Positions 45,375 through 55,046 of a stretch of 64,000 nt of DNA are shown piece after piece. Both the position numbers and the translations under genes were made by a program. Origin of the DNA: Piromyces finnis finn (lineage: Eukaryota; Fungi; Neocallimastigomycota); assembly GCA_002104945.1 (NCBI GenBank), contig MCFH01000001.1, positions 62,001 to 126,000 of the forward strand, given 5' to 3'. Under the pieces are notes generated by a model that worked only from the letters and a program-made list of their open reading frames with translations, was not told the origin of the DNA and made no database searches. How positions within the stretch are numbered: the first letter of the stretch is position 1; every line of letters starts with the position of its first letter.

Positions 45375-45385
45375 ATAACAATTAC
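45375..45385 (+). promoter_or_regulatory. Self-priming PBS of family A
   Basis: ATAACAATTAC is the exact reverse complement of GTAATTGTTAT at 45242-45252 within the LTR (11 nt). Confidence 0.8.
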
Positions 45386-45491
45386 CTAACTACTTCAAGA
45401 GTACGTTAGGATATCTACCGCCCGAAGAAACTTTGTTGCTACCTTGGTTCAAGAGAGTATTGAAGAAACTTTGTTGCTACCCTAGCAGAAG

Positions 45492-45529
<38 letters not shown>

Positions 45530-45640
45530 ACTCTGATTAATATTATTATTATATAATACAAAACTTGTTCGACACTGTATAACAGATCGAGTTTGAATAA
45601 CTTTTGTATTAACTAACATCGTTTTTGTAGAAATAGTTTT

Positions 45641-45687
<47 letters not shown>

Positions 45688-45743
45688 ACTTACTTGAAAC
45701 AGTAGTAAGAAAACATTTTTTATATTTTGTTTTATATTTAACG

Positions 45744-48700
45744 TTGGAGGACTTAATTAGTGAGTTTGAAAATTTAAATTTAGAGATGGGTGATAGGACT
45801 GTGGGTGTTTCTGGGAATTCGGGGAACATTATTAATGCTCCACCGATATTTTCTGGTAAACAAAGAGAATTGGATGGATTTTTAACCAGAGTTGAGTTGG
45901 TATTTCGTACTCGACCGACACTGTATAATACAGATCGAGTCAAGGTCGACTTCGTTATATCATACTTCTCTGGTAAACCTTTGGAATGGGCTTCAGTGTT
46001 GATGAAGAATAATAGTGGGGTTTTAAACCATTATGATGAATTTGTAGATAGGTTGAAGGCTAATTTTGGCAGTTATAGATACGATACCGTTGTAGCTAAC
46101 GGTAAATTAGATAATCTTCGCCAAAGGAAACTTGGTCAGGTATTAGATTACATTACCGAGTTTCAACGTATTAGCCAAAATTCAAGCTTTAATGACAGCG
46201 CAAAAATCTACATGTTTCTGAAAGGTTTATTACCACCACTTAGGGAGAAGTTGGCTTTCATTGAATCAAACCCAACTTCAATTGAACAATTGATTTCTTC
46301 AACTATTTTAGTTGAAGATATGATGAAAAGGAATTCTCTAAGTGAATTTTATTTTAATGGTAGAAGGGCTAACGATCCTATGGATGTGGATGTATTTAGA
46401 ATTAGTAGAGAAAATAAACGCAAAAGGTATGTGAATATCCAAGGATCAAGTAAAAATTACAATGAAAACATAGACAACTTTGAAGAAGAAAAGAAAAAGG
46501 GGTTATGTTTTCTTTGTAAACAACCAGGACATTTAAAATTTAATTGTCCTAATAGAGTAAAGCCCAGAAAAGTGTTAAGAATTGTGAAAGAAAGGACTCC
46601 AAAAATTGTTAATCCAAAAATTTACAAAGTTGGAGTCAAGGGAGTGAAAAGTGATTTAAACCTTGTGGACTTTTACTTGAGTACCAATGAAGTTTCGGAA
46701 GTTAAGATTAAGGTTTTAATTGATTCCGGTTCTGAATTAAATTTCATTAATCCAAGTCTTGCTGAAGACCTTGGTATTAATTTGGAAAAAGTGGAACCAT
46801 TCCGTGTTTCAGGTGTTAGTGATGGAGTTGTTAGTGTTTGGGAAAGGACTGAGAAGTGCATGCTCCGTTGCAAAAATCACTTCGAAGTAATTCAACTTTA
46901 TGGATTACAAGTCCCCGGTGTTGATGTTATTCTTGGTTTGCCGTGGATAAAGAAGCATAATCCAAATGCTTTCTATGACTCTAAGAAAATCGCTTTTAGT
47001 TCTGGTTATTGTGCCAGACACTGTAACAAAGGTAAAAGAAAAAGAAAACCAAGAAAGAAGTCCAAGAATGATCAATTAGATCATGATGTTCTCGACCGAA
47101 GCTTAACCAAAAAACCGAAAGTAGATTCCTCCGTCCCAAACCATGAAGAAAAAGAATATGTTAAAGGCCGCCTTGTTAGAACCATTAATGATGAAGATGA
47201 CAGCGATGATGAATATATTAGTTTTAATAAAAAAGTTAAATGTATTGTAACGAAAATTAATGAAACATGTAATAATGATAATGAATCATGTAGTAATAAT
47301 AATAATGAAAAGAATATTAATAAAGATAAATTGGTCGCCGTACCAACCCAATATTTAGAATTTAGTGAAGTGTTTAACGAAAAAAATTGTGAAGTGTTAC
47401 CTCCTCATAGACCTTATGATTGTGAAATCAAACTTAAGGATGATTCAACTTTATTTTATGGACCCTTGTATCCATTAACTGAAGTTGAAAGAGAGGAACT
47501 TAAAAAGTATATAGATGAAAATTTAAATAAAGGTTTTATTAGGAAATCATCGTCTCCTGCTGGTGCCCCAATTTTGTTTGTTAAAAAGAAGGACGGTTCC
47601 TTAAGACTTTGTATTGATTATAGAAGGTTGAATAATATTACCATTCGTAATTCATATCCTTTACCTTTAATAAGTGACCTTTTGGATAGGGTGAAAAATG
47701 CTAAGATTTTTACCAAATTAGACCTTAAATCCGCTTATAATCTTGTTCGTATTAAAGAAGGTGACGAATACAAAACGGCTTTTCGTACTAGGTATGGTCA
47801 TTTTGAATATCTGGTTATGCCTTTTGGATTAAAGAATGCACCTGCAACTTTTCAACACTTCATTAACGATGTCCTTAGTGACTATTTAGACGATTTTGTT
47901 ATCTCATATATTGATGATATTCTTATTTATTCTAATAATATCGAAGAACATCATGAGCATGTTAAAAAGGTACTTAAGAAACTACTTGAAAATAATCTTT
48001 ATGTTAAATTAGAAAAATGTGAGTTTGATGTTGAGAAAACCACTTTTCTTGGTTATGTCATTTCAAAGGATGGATTGCAAATGGATGAAAATAAAGTTAA
48101 AGCAATTCTCGATTGGCCGGTTCCCAAGAATGTTAAAGAGGTTCAGTCTTTTATTGGTTTATGCAACTATTACAGAATTTTTATTAAAGACTTTGCTAAA
48201 ATTGCAAACCCTCTTCACAAACTCACTAGAAAGAATGTTGCTTTTAACTGGGTGAAAGAAGATCAGGACGCTTTTATTTTATTAAAATCTCTGTTCACGT
48301 CAGCTCCTATTCTGAAACATGCGGATAGTAATAAACAATTTATTGTAGAAACTGATGCTAGTAATTATGCTGTCGGTGCTATTCTCTCTCAAGAATTTGA
48401 TGGCAAATTACATCCTATTGCATTTCTTTCTAAAAGTTTGACGAGTTGTCAAAGAAACTATCCTATATATGACAAGGAACTTTTAGCTATTGTAGTTGCT
48501 CTTGAAGAATGGCGTCATTATTTAGAAGGTGCACGCCATCCGTTCATAATTTATACTGATCACAAGAATTTAACATTTCCTAGAAAACCTGAAATGTTAT
48601 CTCAGAGACAAATTAGATGGAATTTGTTCTTATCCAGATTTGATTTTAAACTCATTTATAGAGCTGGAAAGAAATCCGGTAAGCCTGATATCCTGTCTCG

Positions 48701-50333
48701 TAGAAGTGACCATTTAGAGAATAATATTAATTCTGATGTTTCTTGTCTTACTATTTCGTTTCATCATAGCGATAACAAACCGTTAATCGATTCTATTTTA
48801 TTAGAACTTAAAAATGACGATTTGTATAATTCTATTGTCCAATTTAAAATGAATGGTTCTGCATGTAATGCACCTATTAAAAATATTGATAAAGTTATTA
48901 TTGATAACGAAGGATTTTTGTTATATAATAATCTTATTTATGTTCCTAAATCTCTTAGGACAAGAGTTTTGGAACTTCATCATGATTCTGTTGCTGCTGG
49001 TCATTTCGGTATTAAGAAAACCACTGAACTGATTTCCAGAAACTTTTGGTGGCCAAGGTTTCATTCAGACGTTAAATCTTTTATCAAATCTTGCGTGACT
49101 TGTTGCAAATCCAAAGTCCCCAGACATAAGCCTTATGGATTGTTATCCCCTTTGGACACTCCCAGTAGGCCCTGGTCTGATATTTCTATTGATTTTATTG
49201 TTGATCTTCCTAAGTCCAGAGATATGACAACTCTCATGGTTGTTGTCGATAGATTTACTAAATTTGCTCACGCCATTCCTTTACGTTGTCTTCCTACTGC
49301 TTCGATTGCTGCTGATGCTTTTATTGCTAATGTCTTCCGTTTGCATGGTCTTCCTGATTCCATCATTTCTGATAGAGGCTCGCAATTTACTTCTGACTTT
49401 TGGTCAAGACTTTGTGACCTTCTTAATATCAATCATTCATTATCAACTGCCAACCATCCGCAGACAGATGGTCAAACGGAGAGGGTGAACGGCATATTAG
49501 AACAATATTTCCGTTGTTTTATAAATAAAAAGCAGAATAACTGGGTTGATCTTATCCCATTTGCTGAATTTGCATATAATAATACTTTACAACAATCTAT
49601 AAATCAATCCCCATTCTTTGCTAATTATGGTTTTCATCCAAAGTTCAGCTTGGAAATCCCGGCTAATGATAGACCTAGTAGAGCTGAACAAAGAGTAATT
49701 GATATGAATGAAAACTTTAAATTATTAAAAGAAAACTTAGAAAAAGCAAAAGAAACATATAAGAAATATGCCGATATGAAGAGAATGATTCCCCCGGAGT
49801 TCGAAGTGGGAAAGAAGGTATGGTTATTGAAAGATTCTCCTGGAACTAACCTAAAGAGAAAATTAGCACCTCAAATGCTTGGCCCATTTGAGATAATTGA
49901 AAAAGTTAGTTCTCTCGCTTTCAAATTGAAACTTCCAAAGACAATGAGATGTCATCCAGTCTTTCATGTTTCATTGTTAGAACCATACTTTGAAAACAAG
50001 TTTAACGACAGGTCTAATCGTAGGAAGAGGAACGTTCACCTTAACACAGATTTAATTGAAAAAATTCCAGAGAAAATTGAAAAGATGAAATCTGTTAATG
50101 GTGAAACATTTTATAAGTTATCATGGAAAGGATTTGACAAATCCACTTGGATTTCTGAAGATCAGATTCCAGATAAACAATTAATACAAGAGTTTGAAAG
50201 AAACTCTAAAAAGTCAAAATATAAGTCGAACGACTCCTCCATGAAAATTAGAAAGAATAAAGTTGGTAATCTAATCAAGCACAGATACCAACCATTTGTA
50301 ATTGAAATTCCTTCGAGAAAAGATTCCTTATAA
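45744..50333 (+). CDS. Family-A Gag-Pol, single ORF (1529 aa as called; first ATG at 45786)
   Basis: PPIFSGK capsid-like region, CFLCKQPGHLKFNC, LIDSGS, YIDD, ETDAS, HHCC integrase, and a degenerate chromodomain-like tail (YKLSWKGF). Confidence 0.96.
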   Translation: MEDLISEFENLNLEMGDRTVGVSGNSGNIINAPPIFSGKQRELDGFLTRVELVFRTRPTLYNTDRVKVDFVISYFSGKPLEWASVLMKNNSGVLNHYDEFVDRLKANFGSYRYDTVVANGKLDNLRQRKLGQVLDYITEFQRISQNSSFNDSAKIYMFLKGLLPPLREKLAFIESNPTSIEQLISSTILVEDMMKRNSLSEFYFNGRRANDPMDVDVFRISRENKRKRYVNIQGSSKNYNENIDNFEEEKKKGLCFLCKQPGHLKFNCPNRVKPRKVLRIVKERTPKIVNPKIYKVGVKGVKSDLNLVDFYLSTNEVSEVKIKVLIDSGSELNFINPSLAEDLGINLEKVEPFRVSGVSDGVVSVWERTEKCMLRCKNHFEVIQLYGLQVPGVDVILGLPWIKKHNPNAFYDSKKIAFSSGYCARHCNKGKRKRKPRKKSKNDQLDHDVLDRSLTKKPKVDSSVPNHEEKEYVKGRLVRTINDEDDSDDEYISFNKKVKCIVTKINETCNNDNESCSNNNNEKNINKDKLVAVPTQYLEFSEVFNEKNCEVLPPHRPYDCEIKLKDDSTLFYGPLYPLTEVEREELKKYIDENLNKGFIRKSSSPAGAPILFVKKKDGSLRLCIDYRRLNNITIRNSYPLPLISDLLDRVKNAKIFTKLDLKSAYNLVRIKEGDEYKTAFRTRYGHFEYLVMPFGLKNAPATFQHFINDVLSDYLDDFVISYIDDILIYSNNIEEHHEHVKKVLKKLLENNLYVKLEKCEFDVEKTTFLGYVISKDGLQMDENKVKAILDWPVPKNVKEVQSFIGLCNYYRIFIKDFAKIANPLHKLTRKNVAFNWVKEDQDAFILLKSLFTSAPILKHADSNKQFIVETDASNYAVGAILSQEFDGKLHPIAFLSKSLTSCQRNYPIYDKELLAIVVALEEWRHYLEGARHPFIIYTDHKNLTFPRKPEMLSQRQIRWNLFLSRFDFKLIYRAGKKSGKPDILSRRSDHLENNINSDVSCLTISFHHSDNKPLIDSILLELKNDDLYNSIVQFKMNGSACNAPIKNIDKVIIDNEGFLLYNNLIYVPKSLRTRVLELHHDSVAAGHFGIKKTTELISRNFWWPRFHSDVKSFIKSCVTCCKSKVPRHKPYGLLSPLDTPSRPWSDISIDFIVDLPKSRDMTTLMVVVDRFTKFAHAIPLRCLPTASIAADAFIANVFRLHGLPDSIISDRGSQFTSDFWSRLCDLLNINHSLSTANHPQTDGQTERVNGILEQYFRCFINKKQNNWVDLIPFAEFAYNNTLQQSINQSPFFANYGFHPKFSLEIPANDRPSRAEQRVIDMNENFKLLKENLEKAKETYKKYADMKRMIPPEFEVGKKVWLLKDSPGTNLKRKLAPQMLGPFEIIEKVSSLAFKLKLPKTMRCHPVFHVSLLEPYFENKFNDRSNRRKRNVHLNTDLIEKIPEKIEKMKSVNGETFYKLSWKGFDKSTWISEDQIPDKQLIQEFERNSKKSKYKSNDSSMKIRKNKVGNLIKHRYQPFVIEIPSRKDSL

Positions 50334-50952
50334 ATTAATCTCGCAGGAGCTCGACTTAGAGAGAGAGATTGTAAAGATATCAAACGCCTCTGTTTGATAT
50401 CTTTAATGTAACTTAAGCCACAAGTATTATTGTTTAAGTTACACAAATTATATTCAGAAAAAGAAAATGAGACATAATTTATTTATTAATAATTAAAGTT
50501 TAAAACAAAATAAATTATTAATTTATTTTTAATGTTTAACAAGTAAATTAATATTCTCAATTTAAATCCCTAGTTTTAGTATTGTTTTTTTATAGAAATA
50601 GATAAATAATAAATGATTAATATATCAATAATACATGGGCACATATTCAAATTAAATGGTACTTAATTTGAATTGCCAATTGTATTTTACTAAAAATAGT
50701 TATAGTTTAAATATTTATTAATAATTAAGATTTTAGTGTAGATTTTAAATAATAATATATAAGAAATAAATAGTTATAATATAATATAAATAGAAGATAT
50801 TTTTCATCATTTTATCGATGTAATTGTTATTAATAAAATTTCTATTATAATAAAAGATATTTTTAATAAAACAATTTTTTATTTTATTTTAAATTTTGTG
50901 TTATTGTAATAGAATAGATATCCTAATCTATTCTTTCTGTGTCAGCATTACA

Positions 50953-53280
50953 CTAGTTAAGTAATATATTAATGCATATTGATTAATTTCTTCATCAAAT
51001 TCTTCTATTAAATTAGTTTGATTCATTTCATTAATACTTTCAAAAGATCCAATTTTGTGAATATCATCAGTTTTCTGATATAAAGTATGATCAGAAAAGT
51101 CCATAATTAATTTCATATTAGCTAAAGTTTCTACACCAATTAAGACCTGGAATATATCTTCTTTTTCAATAAGTCTAAATATTTCTTTAGATGTTATATT
51201 ACCAATAGTAATTTCAATTTCATATAGATGCGACTCAATAGTAGTATTGGAATAAGCTTGATATAAAGTTTCTCTAATTTTTGAAACTGGTTTTAATGAA
51301 ATATTATTCTCTAATAAGAATCTTCTAGTAATCATATTTATAGATGAACAAGAGTCCAAATATACAGTAGTTTCTATTCCTTCTATTTTACATTTTGATT
51401 TCACTACTTTATCTTTTCTTATGGTAGAAAGAATTGTAGATTCGTCTTCAATAATTTTAGTAAATTTTAGTGCTTTTGAAAGTTCTGTTTTCAATTTAGG
51501 ACTAATTTCAAGTAGTTGGCCTATTGTTATATTTGCAAATTTTTCACCTATATCTTTAGTTATATTATATTTTTCTTGATCTGCTGAAATAACTAATCTT
51601 TTTGTACCTTTTTCATTTGATACATTTTTTTCCTTTTGACTCGGAAGTTCAATCTCTTTTGCTAGTTCAATTATTTCTTTTTCTCGTTCTTTTTTATTAT
51701 TTCGTTTAGCTTTATCTATAGTGGGTTGATTAATGAATGAAGGATCTAATTGTTTTAATGTTTCTGTTGAATTAGTGCTATTATTAATGTTATTATCTAT
51801 CTTATTACTTTCATTACTTTCATTATTATTTATATTAGTGTCATTATTCATACTCATATTATTATTATTATTATTATTATTTTCATTTTCGATTACAGTC
51901 TCCATTTCTACTTCATTATTTGGAACTTCAATTATATCTTCATAAGTTTTAATGTGGTTCTCTAGTCTCATTACTTGGAACTCTAATTGGTTGTGGATTA
52001 TCACTTAGTTTTTCTTTGGTAGTTCTTTTATATGGTTTAATATCAGTATTCTTTTTAGCTTTTCTTATTACTGGAATAGTAATTTCTTAATTTACTGGTA
52101 CTGATATGGATATTGTAGTAAAAGTAGTATTGGTTTGATTTATGGGAGTATTCCTTCTCCCACTCATAAGTTTAAATGATTTTGATTAGAGTTTATAAGG
52201 CCTTGTTTTTCCATTTCTGCAAGTTCTTGGAACGTATATTTGCAATCTTGCATTTTGTGGCCTACTTGTTGACATCTGAAGCATTTATTTCTTTGAGACT
52301 GGTTAAACATATTTACTTGACTTTGAGGTGTGGTTTTATTAACTTTATTAGTAATAGTATTCATTTTATCAGCATTATTAGAATAATTATTAGAATTTTG
52401 ATATAATTTATTTTCTTCCATATTGGGATAATTATTGTTATTAAATGTATTAGAATTATTAGGATATTTACTATAACCATTATTATATGCATTTTGATTA
52501 CCTTCATAGTTATTATAATTATTGTTATAATTATTATTATAATTATTATTATTAGTATTGAAATTATTTGGGTAATTATTTCTATAATTGTTTCTTTTGT
52601 TAAAACGTTGATTTCTCATATTATAGTTTCCATTGAATCGCATATTATAATTATTATAATTATTATCATTATCATAATTATTATTATAGTTATTATAATA
52701 ATATCCATTATAAGTATATGGACTATCATTATTATTAAAATAATTATAGTTAGCTCCACCACTATATTGAGTAAATAAATTATAATTTTGGTTTTGATAT
52801 GGATCAAAGTAAGGCTGGCTATCAGTAAACATATTAACATTATGATACTGAGGAACTTCAATTGCTGATTCAGCTAATTCGGCAACCTTAAAAGCAGCTT
52901 CTATATCTTTAGGTTGGGCAGTAATTACTTGTGTTCTAATGAAAGGACGAGAAATAATGGAATTACTATAATCTTTAACGGTAATGAATAGTTGGGATCC
53001 AACATTAAGATTTTTATATAAGTTTCCGTATCTCAGTTGAAATCCTTAATACTTTCTTCTCTTTTAATTTTTAGAGACTTAACATTGAAGCATTTTTCTT
53101 GAGGCGTGATTTCTAAGTATTCTTCAATAGCCTCTTTAATATCTTCGATACTAGGATAATTTGTTCCAGTATCACTTTCTGTTTTTAAGTCATCAATGAT
53201 TCCTTTTAATCTACCTTGGACACATTCCTTTTCCCAAGCGAATATCTTTTTGGGATCATTGATGTCAGATAGGTCCATAA
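50953..53280 (-). mobile_element. Gypsy 'E2', upstream half (gag with N/Y-rich region and Zn knuckle; protease)
   Basis: CFRCQQVGHKMQDC and YLDSCSSINM. Frameshift near 53033; stops at the start of pol. Confidence 0.85.
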
Positions 53281-53283
53281 CTC

Positions 53284-55046
53284 TCCTAATAGAGTAAAAC
53301 CCAGAAAAGTGTTAAGGACTCCAAAAATTGTTAATCCAAAAATTTATAAAGTTGGAGTCAAAGGTGTAAAAAGTGATTTAAACCTTGTTGATTTTCATGT
53401 GAGTACCAATGAAGTCCCAGAAGTTAAAATTAAGGTTTTAATTGACTTTGGATCTGAATTGAATTTCATTAATCCAAGTCTTGCGGAAGATCTTGGAATC
53501 AAATTGGAAAAAGTGGAACCATTCCGTGTATCAGGTGTTAGTGATGGAGTTGTAAGTTTTTGGGAAAGGACTGAGAAGTGCATGCTTTGGTGCAAAAATA
53601 ACTTCGAAGTAATTCAACTTTATGGATTACAAGTCCCCGGTGTTGATGTTATTCTTGGTTTGCCATGGATTAAGAAGCATGATCCAAATGCTTTCTATGA
53701 CTCTAAGAAAATCGCTTTTAGTTCTGGTTATTGTGCCAGACACTGTAATAAAGGCAAAAGAAAAAGAAAACCAAGAAAGAAGTCCAAGAATGATCAATTA
53801 GATCATGATGTTCTAGACCGAAGCTTAACCAAAAAGCCGAAAGTAGATTCGTCCGTCCCAAACCATGAAGAAAAAGAATATGTTAAAGGCCGCCTTGTTA
53901 GAACCATCAATGATGAAGATGATAGCGATGATGAATATATTAGTTTTAACAAAAAAGTTAAATGTATTGTAACAAAAATTAATGAATCATGTAATAATAA
54001 TAATGAAAAAGATATTAATAAAGATGAATTGGTCACCGTACCAACCCAATATTTAGAATTTAGTGAAGTGTTTAATGAAAAAAATTGTGAAGTGTTACCT
54101 CCTCATAGACCTTATGATTGTGAAATCAAACTTAAGGATGATTCAACTTTGTTTTATGGACCCTTGTATCCATTAACTGAAGTTGAAAGAGAGAAACTTA
54201 AAAAATATACAGATGATAATTTAAATAAAGGTTTTATTAGGAAATCATCGTCTCCTGCTGGTGCTCCAATTTTGTTTGTTAAAAAGAAGGACGGTAAGAT
54301 TATTAATAGAAATAGTGTTAGAATTGGAATTAGAATTATTAATAGTTTTAGATTTATTAGAATTAGAATTATTAGAAGGTTAAGTGATATTATAATTTGT
54401 AATTCATATCCTTTACCTTTAATTAGTGACCTTATGGATAGGGTGAAAAATGCTAAGATTTTTACTAAATTAGACCTTAAATCCGCTTATAATCTTGTTC
54501 GTATTAAAGAAGGTGATGAATACAAAACGGCTTTTCGTACTAGATATGGTCATTTTGAATATCTAGTTATGCCTTTTGGATTGAAAAAATGCATCTGCAA
54601 CTTTTCAACACTTCATTAACGATGTCCTTAGTGATTATTTAGATGATTTTGTTATCTCATATATTGATGATATTCTTATTTATTCTAATAATATCGAAGA
54701 ACATCATGTGCATGTTAAAAAGGTACTTAAGAAACTACTTGAAAATAATCTTTATGTTAAATTAGAAAAATGTGAGTTTGATGTTAAGAAAACCACTTTT
54801 CTTGGTTATGTCATTTCAAAAGATGGATGAGAATAAAGTTAAAGCAATTCTCGATTGGCCGGTTCCCAAGAATGTTAAAGAGGTTCAGTCTTTTATTGGT
54901 TTATGCAACTACTACAGAATTTTATTAAAGACTTTGCTAAAGTTGCAAACCCTCTTCACAAACTCACTTGAAAGAATGTTGCTTTTAATTGGGTGAAAGA
55001 AGATCAGGACGCTTTTATTTTATTAAAAACTTTGTTCACGTCAGCT
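53284..55046 (+). pseudogene. Defective family-A copy 'A2' (gag end, protease, RT)
   Basis: Colinear with 46546-48304. It carries deletions, a low-complexity replacement at about 54295-54373 and a +1 frameshift at about 54585. Confidence 0.92.

Larger units (their letters stand above)
44770..50952 (+). mobile_element. Intact gypsy (chromovirus-like) family-A element inserted into E2
   Basis: LTRs 44770-45374 and 50370-50952 appear identical except for a 22-bp deletion and one T in a homopolymer. TSD CTAGT; PPT AGAGAGAGAGAT. Confidence 0.98.
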
